A stretch of DNA of 64,000 nucleotides from Lentimicrobium sp. (GTDB lineage: Bacteria; Bacteroidota; Bacteroidia; Bacteroidales; Lentimicrobiaceae): assembly GCA_034007585.1 (NCBI GenBank), contig JAVEQP010000001.1, forward strand, positions 5,031-69,030, in the 5' to 3' direction. Below the pieces are notes generated by a model that worked only from the letters and a program-made list of their open reading frames with translations, was not told the DNA's origin and searched no databases. A program made the position numbers and the translations under genes. This document shows, piece by piece, positions 36,526 through 46,439 of the stretch (position 1 is the stretch's first letter; the number at the start of each line of letters is the position of its first letter).

Positions 36526-37874
36526 AACTCTTCACTTTTGATGGTGGCAATAAGCGTGGTACCATAACCCGGCCGGCTGTCGATGATAAGTTCACCCTCC
36601 AGTTGGTTTTCGATACGCATTCGCATGTTGTGCATCCCCAGACCATGATGTGCGTCATTCACATCAAAACCTTTGCCATTGTCGCAAATGACCATACTCA
36701 CCTGTTGATCGTGCTGCACCAGTTGGATATCTACCTCCGTGGCTTCGGAGTGCTTCAAAATGTTATTCAGGGCTTCCTGAAACACCCGGTAGAGCATCAA
36801 TTGAGCTGCGGATGACAAATGGCCATTTAACCGGTGAAAATAAACATTAAAATGGGCACAACTGCGGGGAAGTATTTGATACAAACTACTTTCGATAGCA
36901 TTGGTGAGGCCAACTCGTTGTAAGACAAAAACAGAATGGTTGTGCGAAATATCGCGAACGTCTTTTATCAAATCTGTAACAGCGCCAATAGATTGAGATA
37001 AACCAGAATAGTCCTGAGCTTGCTGCTGGGCTTCCAGGTTCATTTTAACCAAAGCCAGTTGGCAACCAACACTGTCATGCAGTTCTTTGGAAATTCGCTT
37101 GCGTTCTTTTTCCTGGCCATCGAGCAACAGGTTAATATTCTTGCGTTTTTCCTCTCTCAACTCAGCCGTGCGCTGCTGAACTTCATCCTGAAGATGGTCG
37201 TTTAGGTAGTTGATATGCTGCTGAGCCAGAAAATCATTGCGGGTCATTTTTTCAAGATAGTAGGCTGCATACAGACTTAGTAAGCTACTTCCTACAATAA
37301 AGAACAGGCTATTGATAAAAGTTTGCGTAAGGTTGATGGGTGAATCAGAAGGAATGGGTTCAATACAAACCCAAAACACCAGAATATATGCTGCGATTAC
37401 GAATACATTTAACAGTGCAGAATGCACAAAACGTACACGCAGGTAAAAAGTAACGATTGCAGAAGTAAGAATAAGGCCGGGATAAAAAAAGCTAAAATCA
37501 TAACCATTTTGGTTAAGCAAACGCAATTTCCAGAGTATCCCTACCGCTGCTACCAACCCAAAAAACAACAGGAACCACTGCATGTGCCTGGCAAAAACTT
37601 TTGTAAACGAAACGCCCAGTATCATAGCAAAGATGCCGCTTACCAAAAGTCGATTGACTATAAGTTTTGGCTCCAATTCCGGGAAAACATTGATATCAAT
37701 AAAATAAAAAACCAGATAAATAAAGATAGAAATTAAGAGGCCAAAGCGAACCTGAACTTTGAAACGATCGAAATAGTCGATAATAAAACGTTTCTCATTA
37801 TACCCATCTCTAAAGCCGAAGAGGATATTCCACCAACTTACTTTTTCAGGGGATGAAATCATATTCTTTTTCAT
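36522..37874 (-). CDS. HisKA_3 (NarX/UhpB-type) sensor kinase with 6-TM input domain
   Basis: ERKRISKELHDSVGCQL H-box, QEALNNILKHS, DNGKGFD, GLGMHNM and PGYGT; 4-bp overlap with the regulator. Confidence 0.93.
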   Translation of the reverse strand: MKKNMISSPEKVSWWNILFGFRDGYNEKRFIIDYFDRFKVQVRFGLLISIFIYLVFYFIDINVFPELEPKLIVNRLLVSGIFAMILGVSFTKVFARHMQWFLLFFGLVAAVGILWKLRLLNQNGYDFSFFYPGLILTSAIVTFYLRVRFVHSALLNVFVIAAYILVFWVCIEPIPSDSPINLTQTFINSLFFIVGSSLLSLYAAYYLEKMTRNDFLAQQHINYLNDHLQDEVQQRTAELREEKRKNINLLLDGQEKERKRISKELHDSVGCQLALVKMNLEAQQQAQDYSGLSQSIGAVTDLIKDVRDISHNHSVFVLQRVGLTNAIESSLYQILPRSCAHFNVYFHRLNGHLSSAAQLMLYRVFQEALNNILKHSEATEVDIQLVQHDQQVSMVICDNGKGFDVNDAHHGLGMHNMRMRIENQLEGELIIDSRPGYGTTLIATIKSEEL

Positions 37875-38192
37875 TTTTGGGAATTATGAAAACCTGCAAG
37901 CAGGTAATATTTCATGCTTCGGAAACAAAAAATTAATAGCTTGTATGATTTTAAAAGACAAATATAAAACTTGCAAACAGGATTATCAATTTTAATGTTT
38001 ACGAATCTATCAATCTGTAAAGAATACTTTAGTAATAATTGCTCAATAAAGCTGTATTTCCTTTTACAATGAGATATATCTATTATATATATCCAAATCC
38101 CAATTTTTAAATCTAACGACAAATCAGTTCGTGAAGTAGATATTGTTAGTTTAATTTATCCTATCTTTACCCTAATAAATAAAAAGATAATT

Positions 38193-40148
38193 ATGAAAAA
38201 GACAATACTTATATTGTTTTTATTATGCTTCGCAAGTACTTCATTTACGCAAAACATTACTAAGGTGGACGTTCGTGCCACCAATAAACCAAGGATCAAA
38301 GACAGTATTTTAGCCATTAACCAAAGAGCTATTAATTATTGGGGGATTAATTTAGATACCTCGATAGCATTGGCAAAAGAGTCCATTAGGCTTGCCAACA
38401 TAAGTGGAATATTTGATGAAAAGGCACGAAGTTATAATATTGCAGGTGTAGCTTATTATCATATGGGCAATTTTGAAACAGCGAAATTGTATTATGACAC
38501 ATGCCTTATCATTGGCGAGCGCTATAATAAGGAAGAGGATATTTATAAATGTCTTACCAACATTGGTCAACTTTATTATACTGGATACCTTAAAGAAGTT
38601 GAAGGATTTGAAAAACTAACACGTAGATTGATGCCATATTTTATTGAACGAAATGACTATAATCTCGCATTGAATTATGGTATTGCATTTATTCTGCTCT
38701 CAAATATTCACGGCCATTCACCTGCCAGACAGAATAATTTTCTGAGATGGTTTTCCAGCATCCCAACTGTTAGACAAAACGAAAACTGGTATGCCATTTA
38801 CAGTGGAATTCAAGGATATTACTATCGGTCGTTTGAATGGAATGTTATGGCCATCAATCGATTTAATACAGCTATAACACTTGCATCAGATAGTATATTT
38901 CGGATGCAAATAATGACACAGATTGCATCTGTAAACTTCAATATGAATTACCCTCAACCAGCTATCTACTATTTCAATGAAGCTATAAAGTTAGATGCGT
39001 CAAATCGCAATACATGCATTTTGAATGCACAGATTGGAGCATGTTATTTGAAATTGAATCAATATAAAAAAGCTTATGATTATATATATCCTGCATTAAC
39101 CTGCAATTCCTTTAATTTTAACGATCACATGGTTTTATTGAATAACCTTGGTAATGTATATCTTAAAATGGATAGTTTAGGTTCCGCTGAAAAATACCTT
39201 ATGATGGCTTTAGAAGAACTTACTTCTATACCTGAATACAATGAAATGAGATTGGGTTTTCTACATTCTCTGGCTGAACTGTATATAAAAATGGAGGACC
39301 GGGTAAAATTGGATGGAATTATATCAGACATTGAAAAATTAACAGCCATTAATAGTTATGGGTATTTCAAAAGCGATGGTGCTAATCTTTTAGCCGATTA
39401 TTATCATAATATTGGAAATATTGATAAAGCTATATATTATTTAAAATTAGCCGCTGACATAGAAGATTCCATCAGAGGTGTTAAACATTCAAAAGCACTC
39501 GCCGAGTATCATGTTAAATTTGAGACTACAAGAAAAGAGCAAAAAATAGTCCTTCAGAACAAGAACATCCAAAATAAAGGCAAAATAATCAGGTTACTTA
39601 CTTTTGGTTTTATAACACTCATGGTTATGATCATAATTATTTCCATTTTATACAACAGAACAAGGGCTGCTTATCAGTTTTTAATAAAAAAGAGCCTGCA
39701 ATCGCTTGAGGTAGGGAAACCCCTTTTTATGGAAGATAGAATACATAAAGAACAAAATTATAATATATCTGCTATTGACCAGGAGCAGAAAGATAATATA
39801 TATGCCAGACTAAACAATGAGATAGAAGCAAACGAAATATTCAACAGAGCCAATTTATCACTTTCTGAACTTGCAGAACTTTGTTCTACCAACCGTTCTT
39901 ATCTTTCACAAGTGATTAATGAGAAATACAACCAAAACTTTAGTAATCTTATCAATAAAAAGCGAATTGAAAAATCTATCGAGTTAATGGCCTCAGCCGA
40001 GGATAATATACCCATAAAAGCACTTGCTTCACAAGTTGGATTTAACTCTGTAACAACATTTTACGAGTCTTTTAAGAAATACACAGGAGTTACGCCCTCC
40101 TATTACCAACGTAATGTAAAAAGTCTTTTTATGGAATCTGCAAATTAA
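38193..40148 (+). CDS. Membrane-spanning TPR-AraC transcriptional regulator
   Basis: Signal peptide, TPR array, TM (LLTFGFITLMVMIIIISILY), and AraC HTH (LSELAELCSTNRSYLS...VGFNS..TFY..FKK.TG.TP). Confidence 0.9.
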   Translation: MKKTILILFLLCFASTSFTQNITKVDVRATNKPRIKDSILAINQRAINYWGINLDTSIALAKESIRLANISGIFDEKARSYNIAGVAYYHMGNFETAKLYYDTCLIIGERYNKEEDIYKCLTNIGQLYYTGYLKEVEGFEKLTRRLMPYFIERNDYNLALNYGIAFILLSNIHGHSPARQNNFLRWFSSIPTVRQNENWYAIYSGIQGYYYRSFEWNVMAINRFNTAITLASDSIFRMQIMTQIASVNFNMNYPQPAIYYFNEAIKLDASNRNTCILNAQIGACYLKLNQYKKAYDYIYPALTCNSFNFNDHMVLLNNLGNVYLKMDSLGSAEKYLMMALEELTSIPEYNEMRLGFLHSLAELYIKMEDRVKLDGIISDIEKLTAINSYGYFKSDGANLLADYYHNIGNIDKAIYYLKLAADIEDSIRGVKHSKALAEYHVKFETTRKEQKIVLQNKNIQNKGKIIRLLTFGFITLMVMIIIISILYNRTRAAYQFLIKKSLQSLEVGKPLFMEDRIHKEQNYNISAIDQEQKDNIYARLNNEIEANEIFNRANLSLSELAELCSTNRSYLSQVINEKYNQNFSNLINKKRIEKSIELMASAEDNIPIKALASQVGFNSVTTFYESFKKYTGVTPSYYQRNVKSLFMESAN

Positions 40149-40288
40149 ATTTCATCTCTATTCAACCTTACTAAAAACGGCAAATCCTTATTGTGTTTTT
40201 TTTTAAAGTAACCAAAATTATATGGCCTATGGATTTTCGGCGCAAACTGTTTATAATATTGCGGGATGATTACAAACAGCATTTCATA

Positions 40289-41596
40289 TTATAATTCTCT
40301 CTTCACAATCTCCTCCAACCGTTCCGAAAGCTCCTTAGTAAGCGACTTCCGGGAATATTTCTCTATATCTTTACTATGTATAAACAGTTCTCCATTCTTG
40401 AACTTCTGATAAAATTCACGGATGACTTTTTGTATTTCTTCCTGATTATCCTTTTCGATAACAATGCCTGCTTTTACGTCTGAAATTACCTTTGCTGCAT
40501 CCCCATCCAGTGGACCAATGCATAGGATAGGGCGGTTGGCGGCCATATATTCAAAGAACTTTCCGGGCAGTATGACTTTTGCATTGGGCGTGTCGTTTAT
40601 GAGCAAAAGCAACACCTGCGATTGCTGCTGAACTTTAACTACTTCACTATGGGGCAGGTAGGCTATTCTGTTTACAAACTTCGTCAGATCCGCCTTTTCA
40701 ATACTATCCATCACTGAAAAGTCAACACTGCCCACCAGTTTAATTTCGAGCGCATCGGCAAAACCGGGCATATCCCTGACAAGGGTATTTAATGCTGCCC
40801 ACAATGATTGCGGGTTGCGCGTTTTGACCATGGTGCCAATGTGTGCAATGGAGAATTTCGTATCCAGGGTTGCTCCCACCTCCGCTACATCTTCCGCATC
40901 AAAGCCATTGGTAATTACCGTATAATTCCGGTCATAAATTTTAAGGAAATCGGTTTTCATGCTGCGGCTGATGACCACTATTTCGTCTGCTTCCTTCAGC
41001 ACACTCAGTTCCTGACGATGATGCTTGCGGTCAGCCCATTGGGTAAGCATCAGCTCATTATAGAAGTCAATATTGGTCCACGGATCGCGGAAATCGGCCA
41101 GCCAGGGCAAACCGGTGTTCCGCTTCACTCCCAGCGCAATCCTGTGCATGGTATGGGGCGGCCCGGTAGAAACCAGTGCATCTACCTTATGCGTTTTCAG
41201 GTAGTTTGTCAGGGATTTTACCGAAGGTTTTATCCAGAATTTACGGGCATCTGGAATGAAGAAATTACCCCTCAGCCAGATAGAAAAGCGTTCAGCCAAT
41301 CCAGGGCGCTTTTTTTCGGAGAGAAACCCGGCATTGATGCGTTCGTTTTTGCCCGCACCAACCAGCTTTTTGTAATATTGGTAAGGTTCCCAAATGGGCG
41401 TTTTTATCACCTCTATACCCTCTGGAATGTCTTTTGCCAGACTTTCGTCTATCGAAGGATATTCAGGATTTTCGGGTGTAAAAATTACCGGTTCCCAGCC
41501 AAAAGTCCGCAAGTACTTTGCAAATTTAAGCCAGCGTTGTACGCCGGCTCCCCCGCTGGGTGGCCAGTAATAGGTTATAATCAGTACTTTACGCAC
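40289..41596 (-). CDS. Glycosyltransferase family 4
   Basis: TYYWPPSGGAGVQRW, DFRDPW, PGKFFEY and KYSRK motifs. Confidence 0.9.
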   Translation of the reverse strand: MRKVLIITYYWPPSGGAGVQRWLKFAKYLRTFGWEPVIFTPENPEYPSIDESLAKDIPEGIEVIKTPIWEPYQYYKKLVGAGKNERINAGFLSEKKRPGLAERFSIWLRGNFFIPDARKFWIKPSVKSLTNYLKTHKVDALVSTGPPHTMHRIALGVKRNTGLPWLADFRDPWTNIDFYNELMLTQWADRKHHRQELSVLKEADEIVVISRSMKTDFLKIYDRNYTVITNGFDAEDVAEVGATLDTKFSIAHIGTMVKTRNPQSLWAALNTLVRDMPGFADALEIKLVGSVDFSVMDSIEKADLTKFVNRIAYLPHSEVVKVQQQSQVLLLLINDTPNAKVILPGKFFEYMAANRPILCIGPLDGDAAKVISDVKAGIVIEKDNQEEIQKVIREFYQKFKNGELFIHSKDIEKYSRKSLTKELSERLEEIVKREL

Positions 41597-44060
41597 CAGA
41601 ATCGGATTTGATTACCGCATCATGTTCTTTCCTTTTCAGGAAGAGCGAAACCAGGTATCCGGCACCCAACAGTATCAGCAAGAGCGAACCGGCAAAGGAG
41701 ATTTTTTCACCGGTGAAAAAGACGGTCGGCTCAAACTTAAAGGTGATGGTATGCTCTCCTTCGGGAACAAGCATGGCGCGCAACACATAATTGGCGCGGA
41801 AATAGGGGGTAGGTTTATCGTCAATAAAAGCATTCCAGCCTTTATCATAGTAAATTTCACTGAAAACAGCCATCTGCGGAAGCCGGGACTTACTCTGATA
41901 GACCAGTTTGTTGGGCGCGTATTCAATAAGTTCAATGCTTGCGGTGGTATCACGTTTTGCGTCAAACTTCCCAATGACGGGTTTAAAACGCTGGTCAATG
42001 ATGGCCGTTCGCTCCGGTGAAAAATTCGTTAGGGCGTCAATCTCTTCATCGGCGTTTTTCACCATACGCAAATCGCTCACAAACCAGGCATGGCCGAGGG
42101 CTTCCATATTTATCTGAACGGACGGCTTCCCATTTTCACCCCTCACAATAAAATACTTGGTATTCAGCATGTTGAGCACCTGTTCATTATTATTCATAAT
42201 CTGATGTTCAATAAGCTCCTGATAGCGGCGCAATTTAGCCCCATGATATCCGCCAATGCTCTTGTGATAATAGGAGGTACTGGCGTCCTGAAAAGTATTT
42301 ACCGTGGTGTTGAGTACCCTGAAATCCGGATCCACATCCTTAAGGATAATCTGATCGGCAGTAGTGGGAGGGAAGGGGTTATTTACCAGTTGCTTGCGAG
42401 CAAAGTCCTCGTTGTTAAGATAACGATGGGCCACGGGTATTACATCCAATGCTATAATCACCGTTACCAAAGCAATAAACAGGGATTTATTCAACTTTTG
42501 CCGGGTATAGAAAAATACGGCAGCACCCATGGCCAGTATAAAAAACAGGCTGCGCAACGCATCTGCCTTAAAGATGCTTACCCGGGCCATTTTAAAATTT
42601 TGCACAAAATCATTAAATTGAGTAAGCTGAGCAGGCTCCAGGCTCTGCCGCTGTTCGTTCAGAGCGGATTGTTCCATCCCGCTAATGAAACTAAATAACG
42701 TTTGGGGGATAAGGTAAAACAGTATGGCCAGTCCGGCGGTTATGCCGAGCGAGATGTAAAATGGCCGCATGTTGTTCTTTAACAGAGTCGGTTTCTCCAG
42801 TATTTCTTTCAGGGTAAGTATCCCCAATAAGGGGATGGCCAATTCGGCAATCACCAATATCATCGAAACCGCCCTGAATTTATTGTATCCGGGAATATAG
42901 TGCAAAAAGAAATCGGTGAAGGGCATAAAGTTTTTGCCCCACGACAACAATATTGCCAATATTGTAGCCGCCAGCAGCCACCATCGCATCCAGCCTTTCA
43001 GCAGGAACATGCCAAGGATGAATAAAAATATCATTACCGCGCCCACATAAACCGGACCCGAAGTAAAGGGCTGATCTCCCCAATATTGGTTTTGTCCGGC
43101 AATGCTGTTGGCAAACACCGGATCAACATTACTCATGGCTTTCTCGTTGTTGCCCAGTGCGCCGGTAGCTCCACCTTTTATGTTGGGTATCAGTAGGCTA
43201 AAAGTTTCCCCGGTACCATAACTCCATTGGGTAGCATAATCCTTGTCCAGGCCGGTAGTGCGGTTTTCGGGGCTGTGGCTCAGCTCTGATTTGCCCCGTA
43301 TGGTCTCTTTTCCATATTCCCAGGTGGCCCAAAGATTGGTAATATTGGTGCTGAGTGCCAATAAGGTTGCGGCCAGGAGTAATCCGCTGGCTTTTAAAAA
43401 GTCAGGGACGGTTTTTTCCCTTACGGCAACGATAAAACGGCTAACGCCCAGTAAAACCACCATCAGCATCAGGTAATAGGTAATCTGTAGGTGATTGGCG
43501 CGCAGTTCAAGGGCAAGGAAGAGGGCAGTAAGCAGTGCTCCCGCCAGATATTTGCCGCGGTAGGTGAGCAAAATGCCGGCCAGCACCGGTGCCATATAAC
43601 CGATGGCGTGGGCTTTGCTGTTGTGACCTGCTTCCAGGATAATGAAAAAGTAAGAGGAAAATGCAAAGGCAATGGATCCGGCAAGGGCAAGCCAGGGATT
43701 TACCCTGAGCACCATCAGCAATATAAAAAAGCCAATCAAATAAATGAGCACCAGATTGGCAGGATGTGGAAGTCCGAACTTGAACACATCATCAATGTAC
43801 CGGATCAAGTTTCCTTTGTATTCCACAGAAATCTGATAGGCAGGCATCCCCCCAAACATGGAATTGGTCCACAAGGCTTCCTCTCCCGTTTTCTCCCGGT
43901 AATCTACAATCTCTTTCGACATCCCTTTCCAGTTGGAAATGTCTGATTGTTTTAGTTTTTTTCCTTCCAGCACAGGACTGAAATACATCATTACCACTGC
44001 CACGAAGATGAGCAGAACAGCCACATAAGGCAATGCTTTTTTAAGGGAGAATTTTTTCAT
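41589..44060 (-). CDS. YfhO-family multi-TM membrane protein (GT-C-like)
   Basis: WTNSMFGGMP, NH.QITYY, YWGDQP, GYNKFRA, SIGGYHGAKL and FSEIYY..GW motifs. Confidence 0.85.
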   Translation of the reverse strand: MKKFSLKKALPYVAVLLIFVAVVMMYFSPVLEGKKLKQSDISNWKGMSKEIVDYREKTGEEALWTNSMFGGMPAYQISVEYKGNLIRYIDDVFKFGLPHPANLVLIYLIGFFILLMVLRVNPWLALAGSIAFAFSSYFFIILEAGHNSKAHAIGYMAPVLAGILLTYRGKYLAGALLTALFLALELRANHLQITYYLMLMVVLLGVSRFIVAVREKTVPDFLKASGLLLAATLLALSTNITNLWATWEYGKETIRGKSELSHSPENRTTGLDKDYATQWSYGTGETFSLLIPNIKGGATGALGNNEKAMSNVDPVFANSIAGQNQYWGDQPFTSGPVYVGAVMIFLFILGMFLLKGWMRWWLLAATILAILLSWGKNFMPFTDFFLHYIPGYNKFRAVSMILVIAELAIPLLGILTLKEILEKPTLLKNNMRPFYISLGITAGLAILFYLIPQTLFSFISGMEQSALNEQRQSLEPAQLTQFNDFVQNFKMARVSIFKADALRSLFFILAMGAAVFFYTRQKLNKSLFIALVTVIIALDVIPVAHRYLNNEDFARKQLVNNPFPPTTADQIILKDVDPDFRVLNTTVNTFQDASTSYYHKSIGGYHGAKLRRYQELIEHQIMNNNEQVLNMLNTKYFIVRGENGKPSVQINMEALGHAWFVSDLRMVKNADEEIDALTNFSPERTAIIDQRFKPVIGKFDAKRDTTASIELIEYAPNKLVYQSKSRLPQMAVFSEIYYDKGWNAFIDDKPTPYFRANYVLRAMLVPEGEHTITFKFEPTVFFTGEKISFAGSLLLILLGAGYLVSLFLKRKEHDAVIKSDSGA

Positions 44061-44087
44061 AAGTGCGGGTGGAAATAAAAAGTGAAT

Positions 44088-44345
44088 TTATTTGATGTCT
44101 TCATAATCAATGTATTCGCCAAAGTCTTCAGGGATGTTAACTTCCTCCTGATGACCTGGGTCTTTGATGGTGACTTCGCCCTCTTTGTTTTTATCCGGGG
44201 TGCGCGCATGTGCGTTGCGCTGGTAAAAATTGTCCTGAAACCGTCTGAGGGAGCGTTTGACAATAAAAGGCAGTATCACAGAGGTAAACACCCTGAAAAA
44301 CAGATAGAAGGTAAATACGATCAGTAAAAATTTGATTAACCCCAT
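44088..44345 (-). CDS. DUF4834-like small membrane protein
   Basis: N-terminal TM and C-terminal GEYIDYEDIK. Confidence 0.75.
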   Translation of the reverse strand: MGLIKFLLIVFTFYLFFRVFTSVILPFIVKRSLRRFQDNFYQRNAHARTPDKNKEGEVTIKDPGHQEEVNIPEDFGEYIDYEDIK

Positions 44346-44451
44346 AGGTGAAATCTCAACTTTTTTGCGAAATTACGGTTTTTTGCGCTTAAATGTATGC
44401 GTGCCGAAAGGATTCAGGCTTACTTGTAAATAAAAATCTGAAAAACAAGCA

Positions 44452-44490
44452 CAACAAAAGGAGGCAACCGCTGATTGCCTCCTTTTGTTG
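44452..44490. terminator. Strong (bidirectional-type) intrinsic terminator after rpmH
   Basis: CAACAAAAGGAGGCAA-CCGCTGA-TTGCCTCCTTTTGTTG, a perfect 16-bp stem. Confidence 0.85.
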
Positions 44491-44518
44491 TAATGGATAG
44501 TCAAGCCTGTGAAAGGAT

Positions 44519-44677
44519 TTATTTATTTTTTCCTTCGTCGGATACGCTGAGTTTCTTACGGCCTTTGGCACGGCGGGCTGCAAGAATCCTCCGTCCATTA
44601 GGGGTTGACATTCTTTCCCTGAAACCGTGTTTGTTTCTCCTTTTCCTTTGCGATGGCTGAAATGTTCTCTTACTCAT
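44519..44677 (-). CDS. rpmH: 50S ribosomal protein L34
   Basis: Not in the track. Hand translation [52 protein letters not shown]; TATCTTTG box upstream. Confidence 0.98.
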   Translation of the reverse strand: MSKRTFQPSQRKRRNKHGFRERMSTPNGRRILAARRAKGRKKLSVSDEGKNK

Positions 44678-44781
44678 AGTCGTATTTTTTGGGACTGCAA
44701 AGATAGTAAGAAATCTAAATCAGCCAAACTATGAAGGCACTTTTTTTTAATCAATAGATAAAAGCAGGTAAATGGCTGTAA

Positions 44782-44854
44782 ATCTGTGATCTGTGATCTG
44801 TGATCAGTTATCAGTGATGAATAAACAGATGACAGATTACAGATTACAGATCAC
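44782..44854. repeat. Inverted heptamer tandem repeats
   Basis: (ATCTGTG)x3 facing (ACAGATT/G)x3-4 downstream of pepD. Confidence 0.75.
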
Positions 44855-44867
44855 TCATTGCTTGCAT

Positions 44868-46331
44868 TTATGCTTTTACAGGAATATGCTTCAGGGTTTC
44901 AGTAAGAAAATCCCAGAATTTCTGTACAGAAGCTATATGAACTTTCTCATCCGGTGAATGAGGGTTGCGGATGGTCGGTCCAAAGGAAATCATGTCCCAT
45001 TTGGGATAAACAGCACCCAGCAGGCCACATTCCAGTCCGGCATGAATGGCTTTTATTTCAGGAATTTTCCCATACTTATTGTTGTAAACCTCCTGCATGG
45101 TTTTGAGGATAGATGATTCGGGATTGGGTTTCCAACCCGGATATTCACCTTCAAAATTAACCTCGGCCCCGGCCAGCTCAAATATGCTGCGCATCATTAT
45201 GCTTAGGTCTTCCTTGGCTGAATTTACTGAGCTGCGAAGCAGGCAACTGATTTTAACCTGAGTGCCTTCTCTTTTAACGATTGAAAGATTGGTAGAGGTT
45301 TCTACCAGACCCATCATACTATCGCTCATTCGAATCACGCCATTCGGACAGGCATATAAGGCACGAAGCAGATTGTTTTGGGTTTCCACATCCATCAGGT
45401 GTTGGGGAGCGGTGCATTTTTCAACTTTAATGTTCAGGGTGGGTTCGGTAACTGAATATTCCGCCTTAATCACCTCATTCATTTTATTGAAGCATTTTTC
45501 AAAACCATCAATTTCTGCCATTGGGATGGTAACTATTGCTTTTCCTTCGCGGGGAATGGCGTTACGCATGTTACCCGCTTCTATATCAGAAACGCGGAGA
45601 CCATGTTTGGTTACCCCGTGCCACAGCAGGCGGGTGATAATTTTAGCGGAGTTGCCCCTGCCCAATGGAATGTCCATTCCGGAATGACCGCCTTTTAATC
45701 CTGAAACAGTAATCAGGTAAGGCTGCGTATTGGGATCAAGCGGCACTTCTTTAAAATTAAAGACAAAATTACCATCAATTCCACCGGCGCAGCCAATGTA
45801 AAGCTCCCCTTCATCTTCAGAATCCAGGTTAAGTAATATGTCACCTTTAAGTATATTAGGCTCCAGATTGAAAGCTCCCGTCATACCGGTTTCTTCATCA
45901 ATGGTGAACAGACCTTCAATCGGTCCATGCTCCAGGTCTTTGGCTGCGAGTACCGTCATAATGGCCGCCACTCCCATACCATTGTCAGCACCCAGGGTAG
46001 TACCATTGGCGCGCACCCATTCTCCGTCAATCAAGGTTTCGATGGGGTCTTTTTCAAAATCATGCACTTTGTCACTGTTCTTCTGGGGAACCATGTCGAG
46101 GTGCGACTGCAGGATTATGCCTTTGCGGTTCTCCATGCCCGGTGTTGCAGGCTTACGGATGACTACATTGCCTACCTTGTCAACAATGGTTTCCAGGCCC
46201 AGCTTTTCGCCAAAATTCTTCATAAAAGCAATAATCTGTGCTTCTTTTTTTGAAGGGCGGGGAACCTGCGTTAAACTGTGAAAATTGTACCATACAGCTT
46301 CAGGCTGTAATGTTTTAATTGAATTACTCAT
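44868..46331 (-). CDS. pepD: Aminoacyl-histidine dipeptidase (M20)
   Basis: LQSHLDMV, TLGADNG, DEETGM, NLDSE, GGHSG and HAGLECG motifs. Confidence 0.95.
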   Translation of the reverse strand: MSNSIKTLQPEAVWYNFHSLTQVPRPSKKEAQIIAFMKNFGEKLGLETIVDKVGNVVIRKPATPGMENRKGIILQSHLDMVPQKNSDKVHDFEKDPIETLIDGEWVRANGTTLGADNGMGVAAIMTVLAAKDLEHGPIEGLFTIDEETGMTGAFNLEPNILKGDILLNLDSEDEGELYIGCAGGIDGNFVFNFKEVPLDPNTQPYLITVSGLKGGHSGMDIPLGRGNSAKIITRLLWHGVTKHGLRVSDIEAGNMRNAIPREGKAIVTIPMAEIDGFEKCFNKMNEVIKAEYSVTEPTLNIKVEKCTAPQHLMDVETQNNLLRALYACPNGVIRMSDSMMGLVETSTNLSIVKREGTQVKISCLLRSSVNSAKEDLSIMMRSIFELAGAEVNFEGEYPGWKPNPESSILKTMQEVYNNKYGKIPEIKAIHAGLECGLLGAVYPKWDMISFGPTIRNPHSPDEKVHIASVQKFWDFLTETLKHIPVKA

Positions 46332-46439
46332 AGGATGTTTTTTATGAATTGGGTTATTATTATGTATTCAGGCTGCTAAGTTATGAATTTTCATGGAGTT
46401 TTTCTCAACGAAAAAGAGTTAGTTTTTTAAGCATGGGGA

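Larger units (their letters stand above)
22140..40150. mobile_element. AT-rich accessory region (genomic-island-like) with no visible mobility gene
   Basis: Visibly lower GC than the flanks, TA and Fic cargo, hypothetical genes and gene remnants between gpsA and GT4. No integrase, transposase, tRNA or clear boundary repeat, so the limits are approximate. Confidence 0.5.

Noticed and set aside
40808-41611. 267-aa plus-strand ORF and similar antisense ORFs (e.g. 7260-7958, 6434-6919, 43491-43946)
   Set aside because: Shadow frames opposite well-supported genes, with no recognisable motifs.
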